Origin: a virus | Lineage: Duplodnaviria > Caudoviricetes | DNA length: 50,302 nucleotides | Virus record (IMG/VR): IMGVR_UViG_3300012943_000011 | Coordinates: 1 to 50,302 of that record | Reading direction: 5' to 3' (one strand) | In this document: positions 8,311-18,105 of the stretch, in pieces | Position numbering within the stretch: the stretch's first letter is position 1 | Layout: every line of letters begins with the position of its first letter | Notes under the pieces: model-generated | Database searches by the model: none | Told to the model about the DNA's origin: nothing | The model's input: the letters and a program-made list of their open reading frames with translations, nothing else | Position numbers and translations under genes: made by a program

Positions 8311-9291
8311 ATGGCCATGCCGTCTTTTAGAGAAAACCCGGAAGCCTACGGCCTGAAATTGCCCAAGCCAGTCTATCAGCGCGGCAATTACAAAAGGCCG
8401 GCTTTGCCCGATTCGGGTAAGCTCATTATGCCAACCATGTATGATTCCACCCTGATTAAGCCTCTAGCCGTTATCCCCGGCCTGAAGCTTGAGCCGAAAT
8501 CACTGAAGGGCGTAGCCAAACCAAAGTTTATTGAAGCTGATTTTGGGAACTGCTATATAGACCAAAATTATCAGCGTGAATTGGCGATGTCGAATTGCCA
8601 ATTGATCGAATGTGGCGTGAATAATTTTGACTATACCTTGTTTAAAGTCCCCAATGGCATACAGGGCGAAAGCGGAAAAATCTATATAACAGATGGCCAA
8701 ACCTCTGCCTTGATTTGCTTACACCATCCGGACATTCTTAAAGTGCCGCTTTGGGTTGTCCGCGTGAGCAATGATGAATTCATCGCCAGATGCGCGCGGG
8801 CCTTTGTTGGGCTAAACGAATGTCACATTCCGGTTAACCGCGCGGACAAGTTCACGGCGCTGCAAACCATGGGCGATCCGGACGCCCTGGCAGTGGCCGA
8901 TATATTTCGCATTCATCGCATTCAGCCAGTTAGGAGCAATAAATCGGGCAACAAGTCTGCGGCCGGAGAGACTCGCCTTCTTGGCACGCTCCAATCGCTT
9001 TATAAGCGGCATGGCTCCGATTTGCTCAGCCGGCTTTGCGCTGTGTGTTCAGGGGCGAAATATAGCCCGATTACCCGTGTTCATGTTTGGGCCTTGATGG
9101 AAATCCTGAAGCCAGATATGGATAAAAATAAAATTGACGATGAACGGCTGATTAATGCGATTCGATCTATTGCGGATCGGCACGCAATCTCAGAAGCCAC
9201 GCTTAACGCCAAGCGGCGTATGTGGCCGGTGCCGCGCTCATTGGCCGAATTGTATATGGAAAGATATAAAAAGGGCGCAACAGCCCTATAG
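8311..9291 (+). CDS. ParB-like/DUF6551-like protein
   Basis: IDQNYQR...ITDGQ...ARAFVGLN ParB-N-like motifs. Confidence 0.65.
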   Translation: MAMPSFRENPEAYGLKLPKPVYQRGNYKRPALPDSGKLIMPTMYDSTLIKPLAVIPGLKLEPKSLKGVAKPKFIEADFGNCYIDQNYQRELAMSNCQLIECGVNNFDYTLFKVPNGIQGESGKIYITDGQTSALICLHHPDILKVPLWVVRVSNDEFIARCARAFVGLNECHIPVNRADKFTALQTMGDPDALAVADIFRIHRIQPVRSNKSGNKSAAGETRLLGTLQSLYKRHGSDLLSRLCAVCSGAKYSPITRVHVWALMEILKPDMDKNKIDDERLINAIRSIADRHAISEATLNAKRRMWPVPRSLAELYMERYKKGATAL

Positions 9292-9458
9292 GGAAGGAAG
9301 CGAGCAATGAGCGGGGTTATGATGCTAGGGGCCTTTATAGCGGCCTCTATGGCCTGCAGGATCGAATATCCGGCCTGTGAGAGCGGAGAACGGCTATTCC
9401 CCTGGCTAACCCTAGCGGCCCCGCTCGCTACTTGCATCTGCCTGAATTGGCTAGGCCA

Positions 9459-9770
9459 ATGAGAGCATATTGGAAACCAAGCGTGCATGATGCCCGGCTA
9501 AAACGGCTTTGGCCAAATAGGGAAATCAGCGTTCAAGCTATTAGCGATATTCTAGGCTTTGGCGAGCGGACAATACAAAAGCGGGCCAGGGAATTAGGCC
9601 TTGATCCGCGCCCTTCCGGCAGAGCGCCAGAGAATAAGCGCAATAGAGAAATTGTTGAGAAATTCAAACAAGGCGCTAGCAGAGAAGCGCTGGCCGTTGA
9701 ATACGGCATATCAGTGAAAAGCATATACAGGATAACACCATCGGTTTATGGGAAAAAAGAGCAAAGATAA
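9459..9770 (+). CDS. Dual HTH DNA-binding protein (Mor-like C-terminus)
   Basis: W...LKRLW...ISDILG HTH and RNREIV...LAVEYGISVKSIYRI. Confidence 0.7.
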   Translation: MRAYWKPSVHDARLKRLWPNREISVQAISDILGFGERTIQKRARELGLDPRPSGRAPENKRNREIVEKFKQGASREALAVEYGISVKSIYRITPSVYGKKEQR

Positions 9771-10119
9771 AGGCTATAGAGGCGAGCGCTACTTTGTGGA
9801 CGGCCTTAATAAGGGCGGAGTTGCCGCTAAGCGCGTTCCGTTATCTGGGGCCTTAGTTGAAATGCCGGGAGATATTACGCTCCCTTGGCTAGGCCGGAAA
9901 AAGTTAGGTGAGGCCAAGTTGCGCGCCGATGGCTTCAAAGAAATCTATAAATGGCTGAAAGATCGGGATGTGCTTTTCATCAAAGCGGATCGCAAAGACG
10001 GCTTGGCCGTTATGAGGCTGGCCGATTTCGCGGAGCTTCTTAAGGCGGCCAATGACGCGGCCGATGAGAAAGAGCAGGCCGCCTTTTTGGGCCGCAGGGT
10101 TGAGCCGTTAGCCGCATGA
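9748..10119 (+). CDS. Holliday junction resolvase-like nuclease
   Basis: SKDKGYRGER...RVPLSGA...GD...EAK...ADR. Confidence 0.8.
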   Translation: MGKKSKDKGYRGERYFVDGLNKGGVAAKRVPLSGALVEMPGDITLPWLGRKKLGEAKLRADGFKEIYKWLKDRDVLFIKADRKDGLAVMRLADFAELLKAANDAADEKEQAAFLGRRVEPLAA

Positions 10120-10406
10120 TATGCCCTCATTGTGGCTTCAAAACTCCGCCATTTAAGGCGCATTTAGTCGGGGGAGAAAAAGCCGCACCCAAGGTAGGCA
10201 ATTATTCGCTCTGCCTGGAATGCAGCGGTTTTAGCATCATTATTGGGCCGGATTCTCTCAGGAAGGCCACTAAGGCTGAATATGAGCTAATTCGGAATGC
10301 TCCGGAATTGCTGCTATTGGGCCGCTTGAGGGAATATGCTTATAGGCTGCATTGTGCGGCGGAAGTGATCGATTTAGGAAAAGTCAGGAATAAGCGTAAG
10401 AAGTGA
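10116..10406 (+). CDS. Zinc-ribbon hypothetical protein
   Basis: CPHC and CLEC pairs; ATGA coupling. Confidence 0.6.
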   Translation: MICPHCGFKTPPFKAHLVGGEKAAPKVGNYSLCLECSGFSIIIGPDSLRKATKAEYELIRNAPELLLLGRLREYAYRLHCAAEVIDLGKVRNKRKK

Positions 10407-10756
10407 CTGGCGGAAGATTTATTAGCTATAAGGAGGCCGCTGCTATCAGCGGCCTTTCTGTTTCGGCCTATAAGGCTGGAGTGAAAAGGGGGCATTTTCC
10501 GGGGCCAATAATGCCCTATAAAAAAATTGATTCCGTGGCGATGCATAAGGCTATGGACAAATTAAGCGGGATTAATGAGAATGTGGCTCCCGCAGATGAT
10601 TTTGAGGCAATGTTAGGAAAGGGGTTTTCCAGCAATGAAAGTAGCATTGGAAAACGTAAAAGAGGTGCGAAAGACGCTAAAAAGCGGGGAGGAACGCAGC
10701 TACTTTTACCATGCGAAAACAATGAAGCCGATATCGGGCAAGCCCGGATCGGCTGA
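10403..10756 (+). CDS. xis: Excisionase-like winged-helix protein
   Basis: EAAAISGLS...VKRGHFPGP motif, overlapping the integrase start. Confidence 0.65.
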   Translation: MTGGRFISYKEAAAISGLSVSAYKAGVKRGHFPGPIMPYKKIDSVAMHKAMDKLSGINENVAPADDFEAMLGKGFSSNESSIGKRKRGAKDAKKRGGTQLLLPCENNEADIGQARIG

Positions 10757-11687
10757 GTTTTATTCTTCATGGCTAGAGGCCGCTAAGGGCGATGCCCCCG
10801 AAAAGCCAACAAAGGGCTTATTCGCGGAAATCATTAAGGCTTACAAGGCTAGCCCAAAATGGCGCAATCTCGCGGCCGGCTCTAAGCGCAATTATGGCTA
10901 TCTGCTTAAGGAAATTGAGGCGCGTTTCGGTGATACCGAAATTCGAGCCTTCAACCATAGGCAGATGAGGGCCAAAATCCTGGAATGGCGCGATAAGCAT
11001 GCTTTGGTCGCCCCCGCCACGGCTGAGCTATGCCTTACGCTGCTCAAGGTAATTGTGAAATTTGCCGATGGCAGGGGCTTACTTGATACGAATATTTTGG
11101 CCGGAGTAGAGAAAAACCGGCCGCAAAATAGAGCGGATCAAGTTTGGACGGCTGAGGAGATTAAGCGCCTTTTGGCTGTGGCCTCGCCCGAACTAAGCTG
11201 GGCTATCAAGCTGGCGCTCCTCACTGGCCAGCGGATAGGCGATTTAATCCGGATCAAATGGGCTGATATCCGTGACGGCGTTCTTTTCGTCATTCAGGCC
11301 AAAACAGCCGCGCGGGTTGAAATTCCAGTTGGGCAGGCTTTAGCGAGCCTCCTGGCAGAAATTCCGCAAAGGGCTGAAACGGTCCTGACTGGCCCAAGGG
11401 GCCGCGCATGGGCGGACACTTCCCACCTTCGCCAAGCATGGGCTGAGGCGCTTGTGCGGGCCAACCTGAGGCAGACAGGCAAGCGCTTTCATGATTTGAG
11501 GGGAACGGCTATTACATGCATGGCCGATATGGGATGTACGGAAAGCCAGATAGCCGCTATCTCCGGCCATTCGCTTGAGCATGTAGGCAAGGTTTTGAAG
11601 TTCTATCTCAGCCGCACGGCTGTTCAGGCGGCTAATGCAGTGGCCAAGATTGATGGCTCATGGATGGGACGGCTGGAAACTGCATAA
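10635..11687 (+). CDS. int: Tyrosine integrase
   Basis: TGQR, KT, FHDLRGT, SGH and Y catalytic set. Confidence 0.95.
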   Translation: MKVALENVKEVRKTLKSGEERSYFYHAKTMKPISGKPGSAEFYSSWLEAAKGDAPEKPTKGLFAEIIKAYKASPKWRNLAAGSKRNYGYLLKEIEARFGDTEIRAFNHRQMRAKILEWRDKHALVAPATAELCLTLLKVIVKFADGRGLLDTNILAGVEKNRPQNRADQVWTAEEIKRLLAVASPELSWAIKLALLTGQRIGDLIRIKWADIRDGVLFVIQAKTAARVEIPVGQALASLLAEIPQRAETVLTGPRGRAWADTSHLRQAWAEALVRANLRQTGKRFHDLRGTAITCMADMGCTESQIAAISGHSLEHVGKVLKFYLSRTAVQAANAVAKIDGSWMGRLETA

Positions 11688-11841
11688 GGAAACCAGATTC
11701 TAAGGCATTGAAATTAAACGATTTCCTTAAAACCCCGCGTTATAAGGACATCTAATAAAATCAATGCCTTAGCTTTCCTGATTTGGAAACTAGCCCTCAA
11801 TCATATCAATGGCTTAACTGGATCAAAAGAAACCAGTTTCC
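11675..11841. other. attP site
   Basis: Core TCCTTAAAA-CCCCGCG-TTATAAGGA (11724-11748); inverted CTAAGGCATTGA/TCAATGCCTTAG (11700/11761); (G)GAAAC arm-type repeats at 11675, 11688, 11785 and 11829. Confidence 0.7.
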
Positions 11842-11843
11842 AG

Positions 11844-12197
11844 TTAATTAACGGCCTCGTCTGGTTCCTCCCGGCTAGCCAGCCAAGCCTTAAAGGCCTC
11901 TGGCCCCTGCATCAGCGAATGGGCTAAGTCATGGCCGGCCATAGCCGCTTCATAGTCATCATAGCGCATTTGATAGCCATCCATAGGCGGGCCAAAAATC
12001 ATGGTTTCAAACAATGGGTAAGGCTTGCGATGTGCAAAAATCCAGCCGCCTATAAAAACCGTGCTGATTTCCATCTCGCCAACCCGATCTTGAGCTAGGA
12101 CATGGCCCGAAGGATTAGCCATCACCCATTCAGCCCATTCTTGCATGCTAGGCACTTCAATCGCATGCCTGCCTTTGAGGATGAAGAATTTAAGCAT
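11844..12197 (-). CDS. Hypothetical phage protein
   Basis: ISTVF...LFETMIFG...RY...A.AGH recurrent phage motif. Confidence 0.7.
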   Translation of the reverse strand: MLKFFILKGRHAIEVPSMQEWAEWVMANPSGHVLAQDRVGEMEISTVFIGGWIFAHRKPYPLFETMIFGPPMDGYQMRYDDYEAAMAGHDLAHSLMQGPEAFKAWLASREEPDEAVN

Positions 12198-12258
12198 ATT
12201 GCACCATAACCCAGCTTGAATTAAAACTTAGCCTGTCAGCAATCCACGGGGAATCGCT

Positions 12259-12726
12259 ATGCAGCCGATTACGCATCATGAGGTGAGTTTGCTTATACGA
12301 AAAGCGCTCGAAAGCCGCAAGATGAGCCTAGGCGCTCTGGCTATGAAAGCGAGGCTAAATCATGATATGCTAGCTGTTGCCATCGGCGGCCAGGGCTATT
12401 TCAGCGCTGAAACATTGGCCGCTATCGGAGTGGCGCTAGAAATCGATTACAGCCATGTAGCGGCCCGATATGCCATTCACCGCTATAATCTGGCCATGGC
12501 TCGCGCGGCGGCTCCTAGGCTTGTTCAGGCGGCTCCTAGGCCTAGGGAGGATGCCTTAACCAGCTTGGCTAAGGACATAGTTAGGCAAAATCCAACCTCA
12601 TCAACTGGCCTGCTTATCCAATATCTACTAAGCGCCGCTCCCGGCGTTCCGGAGCCTATGGCGGCCGATGCTATTAATTTCGTGGTGAAGCCAAATCAAA
12701 GGACGGGGGACTATGACGCAGCCTAA
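12259..12726 (+). CDS. HTH-containing hypothetical protein
   Basis: XRE-like N-terminus; GGGG RBS. Confidence 0.55.
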   Translation: MQPITHHEVSLLIRKALESRKMSLGALAMKARLNHDMLAVAIGGQGYFSAETLAAIGVALEIDYSHVAARYAIHRYNLAMARAAAPRLVQAAPRPREDALTSLAKDIVRQNPTSSTGLLIQYLLSAAPGVPEPMAADAINFVVKPNQRTGDYDAA

Positions 12727-13000
12727 TGAGAGCGAAAAGCCTTACGGAAATCCATATATCAGCAAGGAAGATTTCCGCGCTCAAATCATTCTCTCAAAGG
12801 AGTTTCACGATTTGAGGGAGGCCATTATTTCGGCCGCATACGAAAACATACGGGAACAGCACGTTTCCAATTTGCCGGAAAAATCCCGGCTGATTACCTC
12901 CATTGTCCGTTACCACACTGGCGGAATGGAGCCTGTGGTGGAAACAGCTAATTTCGCCTTTCTGATAGGGATTGACGGCCATGTTGCAAACTCCGAATGA
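12713..13000 (+). CDS. Hypothetical protein
   Basis: 95-aa ORF with GGGGG RBS, coupled within the operon. Confidence 0.55.
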   Translation: MTQPNESEKPYGNPYISKEDFRAQIILSKEFHDLREAIISAAYENIREQHVSNLPEKSRLITSIVRYHTGGMEPVVETANFAFLIGIDGHVANSE

Positions 13001-13952
13001 GAGCTTTCGGCCCATGTTGGATAAGCTGCCTAAAGTGCTAGTCTGTGTCTGCTCATATAAGCGGCCCTTTATGCTAGGGGCCTGCCTTGAATCGCTCCTC
13101 AGCCTTGAGCCAGATTATTCATTTACGCCGGCTATTTTGGTGGTGGACAATGATAAGGCTAAAAGCGCTTTTCCCACAGTGGCCAAGGCTCGCAAGGGCA
13201 TCCACGGCAAAGATTTGCATTATGCCTGTGAGCCAGAGCAGGGCATAGCGAAAGCCCGAAATAGAGCTTTGGCCTTTGCCATAGAACACAATTTCGATTT
13301 CGTCTGTTTTATCGATGATGATGAAACAGCGCATAGAAAATGGCTAAGCGGCTTAATGCATCCGCGCTGGGCAAGTTGGCCGGTTGTGTATGGAAGGCGC
13401 ATTTTCGATTATAGCGCCATTCCGGAATGGGCTAAGCCGGACCCGGCAGCGGCTCCGCCCGTTAGTATGGTAGACTGTAAGGCCTACACTCACAATGTGC
13501 GCATATCGCGGGCCGTATTCTCCGCAATTCGCTTTGATGAAAGCCTGAGGCGCGGAGGGGGCGAAGATGGCGATTATTTCGCCAGGGCCAGGAGGGCCGG
13601 CTTTAGAGCGGTTTTTACCCCTGAGGCTATAACCACGGAAAAGGCTCATCCGGCCAGAATGAGCTTTTGGGGGCAGGTGAACAGGGCCTATTGGATAGGG
13701 GCCTCAAGCATGCGCGAAACGATCACAGAGAAGGGCCGGAGCTACAGATTTAAAAAGCTGCCCTCTATAGCCGTGGCTCCTTTTATAGGCTCTGCCGGGC
13801 TTGTATTAGGCGCTGGCGCTATGCTGAAAAATCCCGTTAAAGGCCGGAGAAAAATCCTAAAAAGCGCAAAGCATATGGCCAAGGCCCTAGGGCGCTTTGT
13901 GGGAATTTTCGGCCATGTTCCGCAATCTTACGCTAAGACGGTAGGGGCCTGA
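12972..13952 (+). CDS. GT2 glycosyltransferase, ExoM-like
   Basis: VCSYKRP, VVDND, EPEQGIAKARN, FIDDDE, GGEDGDYF. Confidence 0.88.
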   Translation: MTAMLQTPNESFRPMLDKLPKVLVCVCSYKRPFMLGACLESLLSLEPDYSFTPAILVVDNDKAKSAFPTVAKARKGIHGKDLHYACEPEQGIAKARNRALAFAIEHNFDFVCFIDDDETAHRKWLSGLMHPRWASWPVVYGRRIFDYSAIPEWAKPDPAAAPPVSMVDCKAYTHNVRISRAVFSAIRFDESLRRGGGEDGDYFARARRAGFRAVFTPEAITTEKAHPARMSFWGQVNRAYWIGASSMRETITEKGRSYRFKKLPSIAVAPFIGSAGLVLGAGAMLKNPVKGRRKILKSAKHMAKALGRFVGIFGHVPQSYAKTVGA

Positions 13953-14140
13953 TATGATGGCAGCGTTCACATTGTCTATCGGGCTTATAAACCTAATTGC
14001 CATCATCTTCCTATTTCGGGATTTGAGCAAATCCAATGAGCTTATCTTAATGCGGATCGCGCGGCTTAGGGATGCCATTGAGGATGGCGTTATGCTCCGT
14101 AAGCCGGGGGATTAAAACTAGCGCAAAGCTGGGATTGCGC

Positions 14141-14167
14141 AGCCCGGTTTAGGCCGGGCTTTTTTTA
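14141..14167 (+). terminator. Intrinsic terminator
   Basis: AGCCCGG/CCGGGCT stem followed by a T-run. Confidence 0.75.
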
Positions 14168-14239
14168 TTTAAAATAGGGCTTGCAATTCTCATCAAAGGT
14201 GAATATGTTCATTTTCAGAGAGATTGAGGAGGTGGCGGA

Positions 14240-14476
14240 ATGAGCGAGTGGACGCCGCAAGTTGGCGAAAAAGTTAAGCGCTTAACGGCTAGGGCCTGGG
14301 GGCCGCGTCGTGGCGAATGGTTCAAAGAGGAAACGGTGGTAGTGAAGAAAGTCACCAAAGCTGGCTTTATCCACGCCAGGGGCGATAAATTCCAAAAACG
14401 CCAAGATGGCCAATGGTGGAGATGGCTACCAAAAGCCCAGCGCAGCGATTATTGGGTTAAGATCGAAAAGCTATAG
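14240..14476 (+). CDS. Hypothetical protein
   Basis: GGAGGT RBS, downstream of a TTGCAA-17-TATGTT promoter-like sequence. Confidence 0.65.
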   Translation: MSEWTPQVGEKVKRLTARAWGPRRGEWFKEETVVVKKVTKAGFIHARGDKFQKRQDGQWWRWLPKAQRSDYWVKIEKL

Positions 14477-14783
14477 GCCCATTAGGGCCTCCCCTTCCCC
14501 TCTAATTAGGAGCTATGGAAATGGCTAAGCGCAAACCAGAAAATAAATGGAGCGCCTATACTAACGCTCTCACTTAGCCCATTATCGCTAATGGGCCTTG
14601 TCGGATTGTTGGAGAAAATGGAATGACCACAAACGAGCTAAATTCCGAAATCATCCAATCGGCGCTTAAATCGCTGGAGCATGTCAAGCGCGAGGCTCTG
14701 AACTCAAAAGAGCAAGCTTGGCTGGATATGGCCAAGGTATTTTTGGGCCGAACTAATAAGAGCATTTCCAAGGAAGCCGAATA

Positions 14784-14999
14784 GTGAGTCAGCGATATCG
14801 CGTCCTGAAGGATGCCAAAACAGAGCCAAAAGCCGTAGCTGGCTCAATTGTCTATGAATGGACAACGGGCGATTATGGCCTTTCGGCCGATGATACAGCT
14901 GTGGCAGGCGTTCCGCATATTTCGGTGACGCTAAATTCGAATGGTGATTATCCGTTTTTCACCATTCCGGAATGCGATCTAGAGGAGATAGAGAGATGA
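14784..14999 (+). CDS. Hypothetical phage protein
   Basis: DYGLSADDT...SVTL...GDYPFFTIP motif; coupled operon. Confidence 0.65.
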   Translation: MSQRYRVLKDAKTEPKAVAGSIVYEWTTGDYGLSADDTAVAGVPHISVTLNSNGDYPFFTIPECDLEEIER

Positions 15000-15930
15000 C
15001 AACTAAGCATAGGGTCTGGATAGAGCTTGATAAGCCGAAAACAAATGAGGATGGCGAGCAGCGCGCCAAATTGCTTTCCGCGATGCTCAAGCGGCTAGGC
15101 TGCGATTATGGGCCGCATGAGCCTGTATGGTGGGATGAAAGAAAGCGCCGCTATTGCTTCACAAGCTCAAGAATGGGCACCTTTTACGAAGGCGTAGATA
15201 GCGGCCAATGGTACAATTTGGAATTCTTGGCTGGCGAATAGCCCTCAATCCAAGCCAGCTTAAGCAGGCTGGCTTTAATGGATGGCTATTAGGAGGCTAA
15301 ATTGAAAATCCGCAAATGGCACCAAACCAAGCGCGATAAAGATATAGTTATAGAGCTTGAACTCAGCTTTTATGAGCTTCTTAATCTCATTAACGATCAA
15401 AGCGCGGCGGGCATGGAAACGCGGAGTCGGCTGCTTGATTTGATTATGCCAATTTTAGATGAGGCTGAGGAGCCGTCATGATTGAGCTTTTTATCCGGCC
15501 TCATTTGGCCGTCCATTGGATCGGGATTGATACCAAAACCAAGGAAGCTTGGATTTTTCCGGCTAAGCCGAATGGCTGGGCTGAGAAAATCCCCTATACA
15601 GGCTTCTTGGATAGCCTGACTGAGGTTAGCCCTATCTGCAAAGGCCTTGTTGGCATACCAGAGGATCAACGCTAATATGGATAATGCGGCGCAATATGAG
15701 CATGTGCGAAAATTGCTGCAATGCGGTCATGCATATGCCAAAATAGAGGATTATGCTTCAGCGCTGGAATATGCACTGCGCAAAATGTCGCAGGAGGGAA
15801 CCGACGCTGATTCGGATAGTTGGATGAAGGTTTGCGTTATTATCGGGGAGTTGGGCTTTATCACATTTGGCCAGCGCTGGCAGGCTGTAAGGCTGGCTTG
15901 TTGGTCAAGCTTCTCTGAGGAGATAGGAAC

Positions 15931-16344
15931 ATGAGCGAGACTAAGACGCGCATTCGGCGCGACCATATCGGGATACTGGTATCTGAGGCTGGCCAATTCA
16001 GGCGCAGCCTACAAGCCAATATCGCGCCCATAGGCAAATACCTGACGGCCGAAAACCTGACACGGCTTGAGGCCCTTCAGAATGAGCTAGACGAGGCCAG
16101 GAAGGCCATTAACGGGGCCTTGCATAGCATTGGGCCAACCATGGCTCAATTGCAGCGTACAAGCGCACTTGAGGCCAAGAATCAGGAATTGGCCCGGCAA
16201 GTGGAGATGATGGCGGAAGCGCTTCGCAATACCGGCCATTCGGACAAGTTGCCGGCTGATCTGGCTGCGCCCAAGCAAGCCCAGCCCAGAAGGGGCCGGC
16301 CGCCCAAACCTGCCGCTCCGGAGCCACTAGGCGCGGCGGCATAA
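15931..16344 (+). CDS. Coiled-coil protein with AT-hook-like motif
   Basis: Heptad pattern; PRRGRPPK. Confidence 0.6.
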   Translation: MSETKTRIRRDHIGILVSEAGQFRRSLQANIAPIGKYLTAENLTRLEALQNELDEARKAINGALHSIGPTMAQLQRTSALEAKNQELARQVEMMAEALRNTGHSDKLPADLAAPKQAQPRRGRPPKPAAPEPLGAAA

Positions 16345-16508
16345 TAAAGCGCTAGGCTAGGCCTTCACACCTAACCTAGCGCCATGCGGAGGAGGGGCTA
16401 ACGGGGAGATACGCGGCCCCTCCTCTAATCTTCAGGCTATAAGTGATTTTTAGCATTCACAATCCCTAAAATGCGTTTGCTTTCATTAAGTTTTTGCTTA
16501 TTGTGAAT

Positions 16509-16577
16509 ATGCGCCTGCAAGGCGTACTCTCACTGGTTTATAGCCTCAAACAGCGCTGTAAAAGGCGCTGTTTTTTT
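16509..16577 (+). ncRNA. Candidate small RNA 1
   Basis: TTGCTT-16-TATTGT promoter, 5' hairpin, terminator AAACAGCGC/GCGCTGTTT with T-run; no credible ORF. Confidence 0.45.
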
Positions 16578-16609
16578 GTTGCGCATTTCGTTAAATTTGC
16601 TATCTAAGG

Positions 16610-16828
16610 ATCGCGGCGGGTTTTTCTTGTAAGACGGGATTTCCCGGCCGTCTGATACCTGCTTTAGCGGAGCTTTGGCTCTGTTAGGCAAGGAAATGGA
16701 AAACACAGGCGAGTCGCCTGTCACAGGTTTCTAATTAGAGCATCCCCTGTAACCTTGAGCAAGGCCAACAAGGCTCTAAAAGGAACAGAAGGGCTAGGGG
16801 CTGGCGATTGCGGCCTCTAGCCCTTTTT
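16610..16828 (+). ncRNA. Candidate structured ncRNA 2
   Basis: TTGCGC-16-TATCTA promoter, four or more hairpins, long terminator at 16788-16828; no credible ORF. Confidence 0.5.
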
Positions 16829-16831
16829 GCT

Positions 16832-17215
16832 TTAGCCGGCTTGGCCTTCCTTGTATTCCCGTTCCAAATCGTCTGGCGTCTTTCCTGCCGCTAATTGTCC
16901 GCTCACATAGCCGGCCCTAAATGCCGCCCTAACAAGCGTCGGGACGGGATCGCCCTTGGAGCCTAAATTGGGCCAATCAGCCGCCCTTGGGCTTCCCTCC
17001 TCCCATAGGCACACAATTATATTGGCCTTGTATTTTTCCTTGAATTCGGCGAATAATTCGGGATAGATGGTATGGAGGAAAACATATCCGTCTTCTGACA
17101 TTTGCAAACCTCGCTCAGTGGTGGAAATGTCTGCTTTTGCCAGCATGGGCAGCAAAATATCTGCCCAGCTAGCGTAATCACCCAATAATCGAGCCTGACT
17201 AATTCGCGCTCGCAT
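16832..17215 (-). CDS. Hypothetical protein
   Basis: 127-aa ORF, last gene of the leftward accessory operon. Confidence 0.55.
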   Translation of the reverse strand: MRARISQARLLGDYASWADILLPMLAKADISTTERGLQMSEDGYVFLHTIYPELFAEFKEKYKANIIVCLWEEGSPRAADWPNLGSKGDPVPTLVRAAFRAGYVSGQLAAGKTPDDLEREYKEGQAG

Positions 17216-17606
17216 TTAGCGCATTGGCCGATTGTCTCGTCTGGCCTTTTGAGTTTTGGCGCTCTTTTTCTAATTCTCGCCCCTTGATAACTGATACATG
17301 ATGCTGAGTTAGGCGAAAGGCCTTAGCGACCTCACACACCCTTTTGCCGGCCTTTAGCTCTGCCATTATCCTGGCATTCCTAGCCAGTGTTTCGGGCTTG
17401 GCCGGCTTCCCTTGGCGCTTGAGCGGCCCTTTGCGCATCCTGGCTTCAAATTGGAGGATTGATTCAGCGCTTCTATCCAAATAGGCCGCTATGGCGTCAG
17501 TTGTCCATTTTAGCGCCCTTAGCTCTTTAATGGCTTCCCGGATTTCTGGCTCAGCTTTAGGCAAGGCCTTTCTCCCTCCATACGGCGGCGATATCGGCCG
17601 GAGCAT
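17199..17606 (-). CDS. HTH DNA-binding protein
   Basis: RNARIMAELKAG...VAKAFRLT HTH; a downstream TTG after GGAGG may be the true start. Confidence 0.6.
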   Translation of the reverse strand: MLRPISPPYGGRKALPKAEPEIREAIKELRALKWTTDAIAAYLDRSAESILQFEARMRKGPLKRQGKPAKPETLARNARIMAELKAGKRVCEVAKAFRLTQHHVSVIKGRELEKERQNSKGQTRQSANALNASAN

Positions 17607-18105
17607 GAGTGATATTAGCTTCCATGGCCTGATGGCTCCATTTGCCGTTATAAATCGCGCTTACCATGGCTTCCCGCTCATCGAACCGGCATATGATGGC
17701 AAAGCCCTTTCCGCCCATTCTTTCCATGTAGCGCTTGAGGCTAGCCGGAACAGGATAGCCATTCGGCTTGGGCTGTTTGCCTACCCATATCTGTATGGCC
17801 GGAATGTGGATTTTCTTTCCGTCTTGATCGATCGTTACCATGTCGGGCGCTTCATCGATCACATAGCCGGCCCGATCCGGCCTAGGTAAATCCTCTGTTC
17901 CTTCATCCGACATAAGCCAGCGGCAGCGCCAAATAAAGCAGGCCCTAGGCCGTCTGTTTATGTCATCGTAAACAGTGCAACCCTTATGGAATTTCTGGAA
18001 TGGGCATTTCTGGTTAGCCAGCTTGAGAAAGCTAGGCCCTGGCTTCCTTAGCTCCACAACAGGAGTAAGTTTGCAGCAAAGCGTGCACTCGCCACATTGG
18101 CGCAT
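17557..18105 (-). CDS. YkgJ-like CxxCxxCC cysteine-cluster protein
   Basis: CGECTLCC...CPF...CTVY...RPRAC...C.W. Confidence 0.75.
   Translation of the reverse strand: MRQCGECTLCCKLTPVVELRKPGPSFLKLANQKCPFQKFHKGCTVYDDINRRPRACFIWRCRWLMSDEGTEDLPRPDRAGYVIDEAPDMVTIDQDGKKIHIPAIQIWVGKQPKPNGYPVPASLKRYMERMGGKGFAIICRFDEREAMVSAIYNGKWSHQAMEANITHAPADIAAVWREKGLA

Noticed and set aside
11733-11739. attP overlap CCCCGCG equals the 5' acceptor strand of the phage tRNA-Leu
   Set aside because: A 7-bp match whose flanks do not resemble a tRNA; likely coincidence.
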